Positions 12,295-25,913 of a stretch of 64,000 nucleotides of DNA are shown piece after piece. Numbering within the stretch: position 1 is the first letter of the stretch; every line of letters starts with the position of its first letter. This DNA comes from Antedon mediterranea (Eukaryota > Animalia > Echinodermata), in contig NC_092672.1 in assembly GCF_964355755.1 (NCBI RefSeq), positions 18,365,237-18,429,236 on the forward strand. The letters run 5' to 3'. The position numbers and the translations under genes are program-made. The notes beneath the pieces were generated by a model, which had not been told where the DNA came from, did no database searches, and was given only the letters and a program-made list of their open reading frames with translations.

Positions 12295-14000
12295 ACAGCT
12301 TAAGTTAAACATAAATGCGAGTTCGGTATCGACAAGTTAGTGTTCGTGGGGGATCTGATAACTAATGAAGGAATAAAACCTGATTCGTCTAAAGTGAGAG
12401 CTATAAATAACATGCCAACTCCAAAAACAAAGTCTGAACTACAGCGATTTCTAGGTATGGCAACGTACCTTGTGAAATTTGTAACAGATCTGTCAAGTCT
12501 TACTGCACCATTACAACAGTTATCTGAGAAAAATGAGTATGTCTGGGAAACTGCTCAGGAGAAAGCGTTGATTAAAGTCAAGAAAGTGCTTACAAATGGT
12601 CCCGTATTAAATTTTTATGATCCTAAGCGCAAGTGTAAAGTATCAGTTGATGCTTCAAAAGATGGACTAGGTGCAGCAGAAAGAAACGGAAAAATGGAAA
12701 CCTGCAGTGGCATACGCTTCTCGCGCTATGGACAAATTATGCACAGATAGCGTTTTCATCAATTTATCTACGAACAGACAGTGGAGGTTAAAACTGATCA
12801 CAAGCCCTGGGTGGAAATATTCAAGAAGCTTCTTGCTGACAGTTCTTTAAGATTACAACGAATGCGCATACACTTACATAAGTATGATATTACGGTATCA
12901 TACACACCTGGAAAACAATTATTAACAGCAGACACATTGTCAAGAGCAGTAGACGCAACCAATCAGAAAGATACTGATCAGCAGTTAGATGATGATGTAA
13001 AAGCCTACATAAGTATGGTACAAAAAACTGCACCACTCACAACTGCAATGATGGACAAGTTAAAGTCTGTACTGTACATGTCTCTGTACGTGAATCGATA
13101 GTCAATGGAATTGTATATAAAAACAACAGATTCATAGTTCCTAGCAATCTACAGGAACATACGCGAAACAACTCCATAAAGGTCATCAGGGAAATGAAAA
13201 ATGTAAAAGACCAGCCAGAGACTAAATATTTTGGTGTGGAATAAATAAACAAATAGAAGATATGTAGCAAATTTAAGTCAAATCAACAAAAAGAGCCTAT
13301 CGTAATACACCAGCAACCTGAGAGATCGTGGCAAAAAATTGGTGCTGACCTATTCATAACTAACGGGCGAAACTATTTAACAGTGGTTGACTATTTTTCA
13401 CAATATTTTGAAGTTAGCTCCCTGGTACTACGACGACATCATAATATAATATAAATAAAAGCTATGAAAGAAATGTTTGCTAGACACGGTACAACAATGG
13501 AAGTGTTCAGTGTCAATGGACCACAATTTGCAAGTAATGAGTTTGGTAATTTTTCTGTAAACTGGGACAAAACCTCCAGTCCTCACTTTCCGTAGTCAAA
13601 TGGTCAGGCAGAGAATGCCGTAAAGCTGACAAATACATTGATCCTAAAAACAGCTGACAGCAAAGAAGACCTGTACGAGGCACTACAAATATACCAAAGT
13701 ACTCCATTACAGCATGAGTTTTCACCCGCCGAATTACTTTTTAATTGTCGTATAAGGTCTAATCTGCCACTTAAAAGTAACATGTTAAGACCGCAAGTTC
13801 CAGATGTTAAACCCTCTAACGCAAAACTTAAAGAAAGACTTTGTAGGAAAAAATATAATAATAAGTCTCTTCTTAAACCGTTAAGGTTATGATAAAAAAC
13901 ATGACTAAAGTTTGATAAACCATTATGGGGTAAAGGTAGATATGATCGATTAAAACTGACAATGGTGACGTAATTAGAAAAGACAGAAGTCACCTAAATT
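12295..14000 (+). mobile_element. Gypsy (K02A2.6-like) pol remnant: end of RT, RNase H, integrase
   Basis: GIKPDSSKVRAI, LQRFLGM, VDASKDGLGA, TDHKP, TADTLSRA, PWQKIGADL-like, NGPQF, SPAELLFN. Confidence 0.9.
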
Positions 14001-14040
14001 TCATTGATATATAGTAAATATAACTTAAGAGCCTGGAAGA

Positions 14041-14232
14041 TGTGATGATAGATCAATTATCATCTTTAATAATTCAGTCAACCCTCTATATGATGTACGC
14101 CCTCCTCTGGTGAGGTGCACAAAAAAACGGTGTACACCATGGCTTCCGAATAAATCCTGAGACAACATATGAAGTTGTAATTGTCTGTTATTATTGTAAT
14201 CATTCACTCACCGAACCCATCAAAACATAACA
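14041..14232 (+). repeat. Probable 3' LTR of the preceding Gypsy element
   Basis: TGTGATG...CATAACA ends, preceded by a purine-rich tract, contains AATAAA, and lies directly after integrase. Confidence 0.6.
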
Positions 14233-14429
14233 GTAGTGAGGTTTGTAGAGGTGTTTACACTAAAACACAAACAAATCAAGACATTATGTATTGGTTTCTG
14301 AAAATGTTTATGAATCAACAGATGAATTCTTGGTTGATGATTATGGTTTATTCCATCTAGGTATAGTGACCATAATATTCTACTACTAATAATAATAATG
14401 TCAGTTAAGAAATTACAGTACAATTAAAC

Positions 14430-14880
14430 TAATCATCAAAACATTAAATCAGATTAAAAACGGATTGGAAAAAATTTAAAATTAAAATAAATGAGGTATT
14501 TGATGGTTGGGATTGTGTGCAAATGAAGCTTGGGAACAATGGAAAAGCAAAGTGTTACAAAGTGTAGCAAAAGACATACTTGGACAAAATAAATTGAAGG
14601 GTAATTTTAAATTTTGGTTTTTACAAGGAAGTTGAAGTAGCTATTAAACAAAGACAATCAGCTTGGAAAACCCACCGCCATTATGTAAAAATGATAATTT
14701 AAACTACATTGGGATGAATATCAAAGTAAACGTAAATATTGTAAGTCTTTAATTAAACTAAAAATCCTGAAGAAAAGAGTAGATCGATGCTCACATATAA
14801 TGGAAAAGGGTGGCCCTCAACTAAAAGAATTTTGGGTTAAACAACCTTCTCAAAAGATATGGAGGTGCAAGGGAAATATT
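14430..14880 (+). pseudogene. Degenerate LINE ORF2 linker fragment
   Basis: EAWEQWK, WF..EVEVAIKQRQSAWK, WDEYQSKRKYCKSLIK; many disablements. Confidence 0.5.
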
Positions 14881-15555
14881 AATAAAGAAAAGTGAAATTT
14901 TGTGTCAAATTCAAATCCACAGTGATTATTTTAAGTGATTGCTTATTATAACATCTACCATATTCCTGCAATTTTGTGGAATTGACAAATGTTACATTGA
15001 ATGGTAAAATCTATATTCAATGGTTTCATACAACGGATAAAATAAAATTTTGTTTGGTTGAAATTTTTGACTATTTGTAAACATCAGAACTAACATGTTT
15101 TTTTATTTTATCCTATTTTAAGGTAATTTCAGAATTTGGGAGAAAGTTTTAAAAAGAAAATGATGACTGTTCAAAATGTTTGGAATTTTTGGGTGTTTTA
15201 TAGACAAAGTTTTCACTTCGGACACATATGTACACTTTGCAGTATACGAAGTACTGTAATAATTTAATTATACAGTAATGTTATTGTTTTTCAATTACAG
15301 GAAGAGAAAGTTGATGAAAAAGTAGAGATTAAATTTCTGCTGAATTCGCAAAATGTGTTAAAATGTTAAGAAAAGGCAGAAAAAAGAAGCAGAAGTTATT
15401 AAATATACTGTAGACAAGATTCTCATAAAACATCTTGGTATTTCTTGTAAAAATGTATCCAGTATAATTAAAATATGTTTTAGGGGATGCTTTTAAAGTA
15501 TTGAATTTGTTGGTTCTAATTCTCCTGTCTATAATCTGTGTCCATGCATAAATTG

Positions 15556-15875
15556 TTAAAGTCCCATTCCCTACGTTTTTTAGATCTAATTTAAGGTCAC
15601 AAACTACATTTAATGTAAAAATAAATACTATATGGTCCTATTGAGATAACTTTTTTCGTCTTTAAGCAGTTAAAAATGTGATTTTCATTTTCTTCTGTAA
15701 TTCACCCACTTTTCGATTGATCGTGAGGCCAAAACAATGGAAGACTTATAACTTTTCAGCAAAAATACCGGGTTTTCCTCAATTTGGATTTTGGCAAAAA
15801 CAAAAAGACAATTAATGCAGCAACTATACAACGTCAGTCGGGGTATGATGTTCGTATGTTACCGATGTCCCTATG
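15556..15875 (-). mobile_element. Partial inverted copy of the non-autonomous Kolobok-like family at ~31999-38191
   Basis: TTAA|AGTCCCATTCCCTACGTTTTTTAGAT matches the reverse complement of 38112-38195; 15695-15870 matches the reverse complement of ~32200-32400. Confidence 0.75.
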
Positions 15876-16254
15876 TTTTATCGATGTTTACAAGCTAGGC
15901 CTACAAAACTAAGCCTACCTAAAGACTGTCCACGCGAGGACATTCACCGCAAGCTACTTGGGTATTATATGGAGGCCAAGACAATTTTAATGAATATGAC
16001 GTATGGCTATGAGCAATGCACAGGATTTGATTTGTGGAATAAGAAAAGGAAAGAAGTGCAGGACACCAAAAAGCATATAGGATTGACATACATTGCACCA
16101 AGGTCTTGCTCATGAATTGATACACTAAATGCAGTCAATATTGGATAATTTTGGACAAAGCTACACTTTTATTATCGTTGACCAACAACTTTATTGTAAA
16201 CTATTGAGTTAAAATGGAATGTTCCGATCCTGAATACATGTTTTAATTAAGTCC

Positions 16255-16626
16255 ACGCCTTTATTAAGTAACAATACTGTCAATTTGATCACTGAAAAGA
16301 GTAAAACACATTCTTTGAAAGGTTTTTCTACACATTTAAAAAATAATTTTATTTCAGCATATGATGATGTATGTTATATCCTAAATTGTTATATATGTAA
16401 TAGAGATGGGTTGTAGCTGACCTGATATGATTTGTTAATTTTATGATTTGTTAATTTTTAAATTATATTATATACAGAATTATATATTATTTAAAATGTT
16501 CGGGTGGCTTCCATGCATGCGGCTTTTGGCCTTAAAATCTCCCTGGTACTTTTGTATAGTTTTTGCTTTGTATTTTTTTTTTCTTTATGGATCAAATAAA
16601 CTGATTTGTGACTTGTGTGTGTGACT
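16255..16626 (+). mobile_element. 5'-truncated copy (3' end) of the same CR1-like LINE
   Basis: Closely similar to 9262-9632, including AATAAACTGATTTGTGACTTGTG. Confidence 0.92.
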
Positions 16627-17204
16627 TTTTTTTGAGCATTTGGAAAGCACATGATGGAAAGGTGTGGTTGTATCAGGCATGGATTGAAATTGGAATTGTC
16701 AAGGGTGCATCTGATATTGATCTATTCAAGCATTGTGGCAAATATAAATTAATAAAGTTAAACACAAATAAACAGTGATTTTTATGAAAGTATATGTTGC
16801 AATAAAAAAAAAAGCGATAACATTATTAAGATTGTATATAAATGATTTCATTCAATACTGTATATAGTTCAAAGATCAATTAACCATACTATCATCCATT
16901 CTTGGAAACACACATGTTCTAAACAATTTGAAAAAAAAAAGGTATTAAAAGGAATTGTAAAGGCTCCAAGAAAAAAAAAATAACAAGACTATGAATAGAC
17001 AGGAATGGTTAAACCCAAACACATTCAAAATAAAATGCAATCATGACAACTTAAAAAACATATTAGAAATTTATTACAATATTCTGCCAGAAACTTTAAT
17101 AAATAAATAGTCATTATTTACAATCTGCAGTCAGTCCCACATATTGTAGGCATTAATTCTTATTCTAATAATATTAACAAAATAATAGATATATAAACTG
17201 TTTT

Positions 17205-17388
17205 AATGTAATACATTAGGTTTACCTCATTACATTCTGTCTTGGGTGCTACTTCCTCCTATCAGAATGTAATACATTAGGTTTACATCATTACATTCTG
17301 TCTTGGGTGCTACTTCCTCCTATCAGAATGTAATACATTAGGTTTACCTCATTACATTCTGTCTTGGGTGGTACTTCCTCCTATGAGA
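17205..17388. repeat. 61-bp minisatellite, 3 copies
   Basis: Unit AATGTAATACATTAGG...CTCCTATCAG starts at 17205, 17266 and 17327. Confidence 0.95.
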
Positions 17389-18049
17389 AGTTACTTCAGC
17401 TTTGCTACTAAAAACATGAGATGGACAAAATTGGATGGCCTACAGGTTGAGACATGACATTGCCACATCAGTAGTGTCCCATGAACCTAACTTCATAATC
17501 TTGTGAAATGTTAAAAAGTGTTTGCCTTGCTCTCCCAACATAGGAAAAGGGAATCTTTTGAATCCAGCTTGAATTATATTCTTAACTACATTAGACATAC
17601 AATGGTCACATGAAATGTCTAAACACTTAACAAATCCAAGAAATCCAATACGTTTATCTACATATTTTAACATAAACAGTACTTCGTCTTTTAATTTACC
17701 TTACCATTTCTGTTTATTATTTTGTATTGTATTGCTATGGAGGAAAATAAATGTCTTTTGAATTGAATTGAATAGGTTGCTCTCCTTAAAAGTTTTACTG
17801 CTATTTGAGAACATTACATTATATACAGATTCATAATCATTATATGGTAGGTCTTGGCTAGCAGACGGTACATAATCAACATTCAACGTCATATGCTTTT
17901 CTTCATTCTTTCAATACCTATTCTATTAGGCTTTACTATGCTTTCTATATTGGCAAAAATACAGAACGTTGGACGTTACTGTTTTACTGAAAATATTGTT
18001 TTATTATCATTTATTTTTATTCATGTATTAATTTTATTATTTCTTTTTA

Positions 18050-18496
18050 TAGCTGGTAAAACTTGTTTCTGCGATAAGTTAGAGCAGAGGCCGGACAAAA
18101 CAAGAGCAGCAATGGAAAGAAAGATGACCAGACAAGAAAAGATGGTTTATCTGATATTGTTGAAATTGATAGCAAAATCCACAACAACATCACCAGTGAC
18201 TACTACATCAACAACTCCAGAGACAACTTCAAATCTTCTGTTGGGGCCCAAAGCAAGCAGTTGGAATGAATGGTGTGGTAATGGTAGGCGGTGTCTGTCC
18301 TGTGGGCCAAGATGTTTACAGAAAAAGCACTGCATGTGGTAATACACCAACTTCATTTGCAAGGCAACTACTTGGATAAATGTTCACCGACCAGGCAGAG
18401 GTAGAATTTCCCGGATCCACTTCAAAATACAAAAGGCATTAAGGGAAGCAGTTAATGGGAAATGTCGGGCCCTTAGGTTCAACAAACGGGATTAGT
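18050..18496 (+). pseudogene. BEN-domain-like transposon accessory gene remnant
   Basis: Thr-rich linker, then TPTSFARQLLG*MFT ... ALREAVNGKCRALR in a shifted frame. Confidence 0.45.
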
Positions 18497-21400
18497 TTAA
18501 GTAAAAGTTTGCATTGTACAATTTAGTTAATTATCTTATAATTTTTTTACTGTTAATTTATTATAATTTGTATCATTGTATTTGTAGTATTTTATGACAT
18601 CTGTTGAATTCAGAATAAATAAGTTTTGATTATATTAACAATAATATCTAGGAAGTGTAGACGATGGTTCTCGGAATAATGACTCGTTCTCCTTGTACGT
18701 TTTCTGTCGGTTACCATTACTGAAAATGCTTGACATTGGTAAAACTAAACCTACTCTGTTTCACAGTGTCTTAGATGATTAATAACATTTTAAAGTATAG
18801 TGTTTATTGTTTGAGGGAGGTGCTTATTCAAGGCATATGTTTATTTTTCAGTTTAACAATATGGTAATATTTATAATCAAATAAAATCGTTTAATAGATA
18901 TGGAAAGTGGTAAAAAAAATAACAAATGCTTGGTAAATTGTAGATAACAGTGCAATGTATTCTACTACAAATAGTATAATTGTGTTGTATAGGGGGTGGG
19001 GGGGGGGGTTGATTATTATTATTAAGTGATTTTTTATTGGGGAGGTTTTGGGCGTTTATTCAAATAAATACCATCCTAATAATTAATCCATAATTTATAT
19101 ATAGATGATTAAAATGATAACATGAAATATATTTGGATCCCTAATTAAAAATGCATTGAAAACGCCGCCGAACCTAAACATCCTTTAAATCCTATTTTAA
19201 TTTTATATGATCTGTATTTTCCCTAAAAAAAAGCCTATGCCAATCGCTTTTTTAATGTTAATAAAACATGGTTAAATTAATTACTATTAATAGTAAAGAT
19301 AGCGACCTCCACACCACCACACCGAAAATTGGTCAAAACGTATATTAAGTATACTAAAAACAAACACGTCGGCCATTATCTATTTAAATTTGTTCACAAT
19401 CTATTGGCGTGAGTAAACATGTACTGTGCGTTAATTTCGGTCATTTTAACTAAAGTTAGTGGAGTGTACAAAATAGTGCTTGCCGTTTGGACGACATAGT
19501 GGCGATTAGAAGTTTATTTTTGTAGTATAACTTAGATTGTATTTAATGTTTTGTATTTGATTCAAATATCTACAGTCTTCACAATATTTTGTTCGTACTG
19601 AAACCCTACAGATTAATTTTGCAAAGAGATATTATTATTTCTATGGTTTAAATAGACAGTATAGGCCAGCTACTACAATTTTTTCATTACATCGTCTGTA
19701 GTAGGTAGACCCCGTATGCTTTTAATAATTACTCCCTATTGATACACGAGACCAACTGACATTTACTTTTGGGGTACAAAAATCAAAGAATGCGTAATTA
19801 GATACACAAACCATGTGCTTGTTGCTCGGTGCGCGGTAAATAAAAATGTGCTTGGATCATTCAACTCAAGTTCATGTGCCTAGGATAGCAAATATACAAT
19901 CTTAGGGTACATGAAACACGTTTTCTATTTAATTTGTTCATCATATTAAGTCGATTTGCGACCGCGAATGTGTGATCTAAAAAAGAAACATTCCCTAAAC
20001 GTATCAACTAAAATCATTAAGGTACTGTATATTTATTTTATACCTCCATGCTATAATCAATGAATTGTCGTCCCGTGTCGTTTGGACGCCTGGTAAACGT
20101 TTTAGTTTTGTGTTCAGTCAAGCTTGTTAAGGGGCGGAGCAAAATTCCAAAACGGAATATCGGTGTTTAGACGCCAGTCTTTCAAATGGTATTTGTAGAC
20201 TGTTTGCATGGCTTGTCAAAACATAATAGTTTGGAAATCGTTTGGATGATGATTTGTCGTTTGGGATATTCGATATACCACGCCTAAAGTAACCGATAAA
20301 TCAACTGCTAGGGAATGCCATGATGTACTTAATGAGGTCTATGGTTTGGCAGTGGATGCAGATGATCTCTATACTCTATTTAGGGAGACATATCAGTCGG
20401 AAGGGGAACTGCGCCTAGATGAAAATCTAACTAGGGCAACAAAGACAAGGGCAGTGGGGGTAGCAAAGGCTTACCACATAAGACTAGCTCAATTTGTCAG
20501 TGGGCTAGTATATGATGAGATGCTATCATCTACACTAAACCTTAAACAACATAAATCAAATCCCCTACTTATTTAAAACTAATTATTAAAGTTAGAAGTG
20601 AGGAAATCAATAGTAGGGCTAGGCCAGAAAAGCAAACACCTGAGGCAGTTAGTGCCAAGGCTGCATTATGTAGCTACTGTATGAAGTCCTTAGCAACGAG
20701 GTAGAATTTCTTAGAACTAAATTACATCACCTAAAATCAACACCAAGTCAACTAGAGTCCACCCCTAACCCTAAATCTCGTTCTCCACCTGCGCCAAACA
20801 CTAGGTCTAAAATATGTTATAATTGTGGTTAGGATGGGCACCACATGAGAAGTTGTCCCAAAAAATTGATCAAAAGGTTTAATCAGACGGGAAACGGCAG
20901 AGGGCATCCGGTAAAAAGGGACAAAGGTCTGCCCATCAGTAAAAAGGTCCCGAAAAAAGAGAAACGCTGAAACAACAACTTTTTACTACTTTTACAACTA
21001 ATTTACTCCATAGTGCAATATCACAAACTACTAATCTTATAGGCGACTCTAGTGTCGTAACAATAAGTGTCGACGGGTTTGCAGGTTACATGTATCAGTA
21101 AAGACTTTTATAGAGATAAATTAAGGGATAAGCCTACCGGTATATACCCATTAACCGATTTAATAGTAACTGGTGCTGGCAGCCAGAACGTACCTTATCT
21201 AGGTTATATAGATGTAAATTTAACATTTCCCAAAGTCCAGACGGGCTATACTAAACAATTCACAACATTAGCTTTAGTGTGCCCCAAATTAGGGAAGGGA
21301 CTATCTATGTTAATAAGCACCAACACCAGAATAGTTCGGAATCTGGCCACTGACTGGACTAATAATAAGAAAAAGGGAAGGAATGTAGGCCCCATACACT

Positions 21401-24269
21401 CTGCTTTGGCTGAAGTGTATAAAGAGGATAAGGCTAAGAAAGATAAACTGGGCCCCGTTAAAATATGTTCTCCTATGACAATAACTAGAGGAAAAATAGC
21501 AGAGGTAGAATGTGTTATAAAGAACACAGTACACCCTAACTTAGATGTGTTAATTGAAGCATCCCCGGATACCCCACTTCCTGGAGGGCTTTTAATTACA
21601 CCCTTAATAGTTAAGTTTAGTTAGAACATATGGGCCCAGTTAAACTTAGAGTTCTTTTGTCAAATTCTAGTAAAGAAGTTAGGCTAAATAGAATCTTTAA
21701 GATTGGCACCGCTTTCATCCTCCAGTCTATAACGCATCACCGTCCGGAAGTTCACTATAACTTGAGTATGACCCCAAGCAATTTTAATTTTGATAACTCG
21801 CCAATTTCACAAATAGATAAGACGAAATTTATTAATGTACTTAATAATAATCATCCAAATGTTTTTTCAAAGAATTATTTAGATATAGGGAGAACTTCGG
21901 TTGTAAAACATAAAATACACCTAACTAACAACACCCCATTCTATCAACTGTAGGAGGATACCCCATCAATCAATCAATCAATCAATCAATCAGATTTCAA
22001 TGATGCTAGGGACAACATTCAAGATTTATTAAAGAAGAGTATCATTAAAGAGTCCGAACGAATGAAATCCGACTATGTATAGATTACAGACTTCTAAATT
22101 CTAGGACAGTTAGGGATCAATACAACGTCCCTAAAGTTTTTTCAGCCACACTAGACGAACACCTTGCTAAGTTAGACAAAGTTTTATCTAGACTAGGCTT
22201 GAAGAATATGGCCTGAAACTAAATCCAGACAAGTGCAAACTTCCATTAAGTGCTTGGGCCATGTCATTTCAGAGGATGGGGTAAGCACTCACCCAGATAA
22301 GGTAGAGGCTGTCAAATCTTGGCTCTGCCCCTCAAATGTAAAAGAATTGAAATCATTTCTAGGTTTTGCTGGTTACTATCGACGATTTATACAGCATTAG
22401 CCGTATTGCCAAATCATTAAACTAACTAATTATGACCTAATATGTAAACGAGGTAAAACTTTCAAAAAACCCTAATCCAATACTCCCTCAGACAGGTGCC
22501 CTAGTTCTAATTTTGTATTAACCGGTCCGAATCATGTAAGGTGGCATTTGATGTACCGTACTACTAATAGATACATTGTCTTCAGCCCCTATATTAGGAT
22601 TCGCAGACTGCAATTCACCATTTATTTAACATACCAACACTAGTACAAGCGGGTTAGGTACAGCCCTATATCAAGAGATAAATGGGATAAAGAGGGTAAT
22701 TGACTATGCTAGTCGTGGGTTATCCATGAGTAAAGCCAATTATCTTGCTCATAAATTAGAGTTTCTTGCCCTAAAATGGGCTGTGAGAAATTTACTGACT
22801 ATCTTTATGGTCAACAATTTGTAATTTATACAGATAATAACCCTTTAACGTACGTGTTGATGACAGCTTAGCTTGACACTACAGGTCAAAGATGGCTTGC
22901 CGCTCTGGTCAATTACAACTTTGATATTAAATACAAAGCAGGTAGAAAGAATCAAGATACAGACGGTCTTAGTCATAGCCCACATGACCCCCTTCCAATG
23001 ACTTTGAATACAAACAATATCAAGAGAAAGCTGACGAAGTGTTAGGTAGATTAAAATTGTCATCCTGCTCCTTCACAGCAGTCTGTAATGCTAAAATAGT
23101 TAATAAGTCTACTATACCTAATGATACAACACCCTTAGTTGAGTCAGTTAGTGATTCTCTTGATGCAATCTCCGTCACCTATGATAACCCTATTAGGCCT
23201 ACAGATGGGCAGTCAACCTTGCCTAATGTTACTGTAGCGGAGTGGGTAAAGCATCAACAAGATCCTAATATAAAATGTATAATAAACGGAAACCTACACA
23301 AGATAAACTCGCAAAATTACCCGAGGAAACTAGGCTATACTCTTGAGACAGTTTGATGAATTATTGGTAAAAGATAATATTCTGTACCGCCGATTTAATA
23401 ATATCGGAGCTATGCAACTGCAATTAGTGCTTCCAACCACTTAATAAAAGATAAAGCATTTACTGGCTTACATGATGACATTAGTCGCCCGATCCAGATT
23501 TATTGGCTTCGTATGTCCTCCCGAATTGAACATAAATGTAGGTGTTGTGTGACGATGTGTCCAAAGAAAGGCCTGTGCTACCACAGCAGCTCATGACCAC
23601 CATGCCTATGGGAAATACGCCTATGGAATTAATGTGTATTGATTTTCTGTCTATAGAACCCAATTCTAAGGATACTAGAAATGTATTAGTTGTAACTGAC
23701 CATTTCACTAGATATGCTATTGCTATCCCAACTAAGGACCAAAAAGCCCCCACAGGCTCTGTGGAATAACGTCTTTCAACATTATGGCTTTCCAAAACAA
23801 TTACATTTTGATCAAGGCAGAGATTTCGAATCTAAAGTTATCCAAGACCAAGAAAATATTTAGAAGTAAGAAAATCTTGTACAACCCCATACCATCCACA
23901 GGATATTGGTCAGGTAGAACGGTTAAAATGCTAGAAAACCAAAAGAAAGAACATTGGCGAGACCATGTTGCACCCTTAGTGCATGCATACAATTGTACTA
24001 AGAATGATGCTACGGGAATGTCCCCATATTTTTTAATGTTTGGTAGAGAAGCCTGCCTACCGATTGACATCCAACAAGGTATTGATCCAAACCAAAATGG
24101 TTTTCTTTCTCCATGGTGATATGCCAATAAATTACAAAATCGCCTAGAAACAACACACAAATTAGCTCAGGAAATGGCGACCAAGAAAGCTAATTCCAAT
24201 AAATCCTGATATGATAGTAAAGTGCGTGAATGCACTATTTGCAAGGGTGATAGGGTACTAGTAAAGAAT

Positions 24270-25095
24270 CGGGAAAGAAATAGGTGCTGCATAGGCAGGA
24301 TCATGTATAAAAATAAAACGGATAAAGTTCTTGTTTCTGCCTTTAAATAAAATATTTATTGTACTAGTACTTTGGACCATAGGTCATAGGTCATCATCAG
24401 GTACTGATAGAATATTGGTAAAAGACTAATACATATAGAAAAAGGGTACACTAGAAAACAAAGGAGTCTATTATGGGCTATATGGGCGTAACAATGAACA
24501 AGCAAATAACAAATTGACAAAAGCATTGACAAAAAAAAGGTATTATATCATAACTTATGTCAATCAGATAGACAAGATAGTACTCGATTCCTAAATGATT
24601 TAAATGATACATTAAGCCCGTTGGGTTTGACAGTTCCAAGTTGAACAATTATACGTTCTTGTAGTCGTCTACAATCACGTCCGGATGAGTTGCATTGTTT
24701 TACGCCAGTAACCCGTATACAGTATCATTAATATTATGGTTATCATGAAAATGTTCTGCCACAGGAAGACCGGGTGTATTAGGATGAATGGAACGTAAAT
24801 GTTCTACAAATCTATTCCCAAATCTTTGTTTAGTTTCTTCAACATAGATTATATTACATTTAGTACAAATAATAACATATATCACATTAATAGAAACACA
24901 ATTAAAATTATATTGAATATCAAATTTCTTACGTGGTCCTATACTACTAGTACATAATACACGCCTACACTTAGTCATACCAATATCATTATGATTCGAT
25001 GATTTTAATTTAGAATTCACTAATTGATCTTTAAAATTACGATCTCGTTTATATCATATCATCTCATATCATCATATCTGTTTTATTCTTATACT
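24270..25095 (-). mobile_element. Penelope-like element 3' fragment (GIY-YIG + pLTR) inserted in the Gypsy integrase
   Basis: ORF 24700-25020: FNC.SINVIYVIICTKCNIIYVEETK..RFVEH..PVAEHF; downstream hammerhead motif. Confidence 0.85.
24361..24406 (-). ncRNA. Minimal type I hammerhead ribozyme motif, probably inactivated
   Basis: Minus strand GTAC-CTGATGA-TGACC(TATGACCTAT)GGTC-CAAA-GTACTAGTAC; GAAA reads CAAA. Confidence 0.65.
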
Positions 25096-25913
25096 AGTAA
25101 ACATAAACTTGCTGATAGGTGGAAAGAAACTATTTATGTGGTTTTGGAAAAAGTCCCCTGTGTACAAGATAGAGCCTGAAGAACAAACAAACAAACAAAT
25201 TCAGTTCGCACACTTCAACAGATCTATCTATACCTCCTAATAATGGTAATGACCAAAACGTGGGTCAAACTATTATTGACACTCCAATTGGTAACGAAAT
25301 AGAACCTCAGATCAATGAGGAAGATTTAATAGTTAACCATGATATCAATGATATCGAAGATGCTGTTATTCCTACTTTAGACAATAATGAAAATGTTAAT
25401 ATTGATATTGCTAATAATGAGCCTGATATTCAACCTGATGTACACAAACCACAGGCTGATACAGATGATACTCTACGTCCTAAACGGCTAAGAACACAGC
25501 CAGAAAGGTTAGGTTTTTCGATTTTGCTCCCGGCTAACAAGTTACATCAACCAAAAACCATGTTTAATCTGTTGTGCAAATAGAGAGTGTACGGTGGAAT
25601 GTTTGTTTGTGTAAATATTGAGTTAATAAATATTGATTTTGAACGTTCTTTATTACTGCCGAAATTGTAACAACTTCGGAAAGGTAAGCTTGAGTGAGTG
25701 AGGTGAAATTACAGACGGGCCAGGTTTGTTTTCAAATTAATTCACGCTTCCTACTTAAGCCTACTTTTTGACACGGGAATTGCCAATTTGCCTCATTACC
25801 TGTACTGTACATGCCTAGGCCTACACATCAAGACATGTTCTAGGATTGCATAGTCATGTTGTCTTATAGGGATAACGATGCAAAATTAAAACCAAATTAA
25901 ACATTATCTGTTA

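Larger units (their letters stand above)
20050..25583 (+). mobile_element. Degenerate Gypsy element with PNMA-like gag, protease, RT (core deleted), RNase H and integrase
   Basis: DLYTLFRETYQ..RLAQF, zinc knuckle CYNCG*DGHHMRSC, YLGYI, LKSFLGFAGYYRRF, AHKLEFLALKWA, TDNNPL, MCIDFL..VVTDHFTRY, YNCTKND, KHKLADRW. Confidence 0.88.

Noticed and set aside
21966-21991. (CAAT)n microsatellite within Gypsy RT
   Set aside because: Ordinary slippage expansion in dead sequence.
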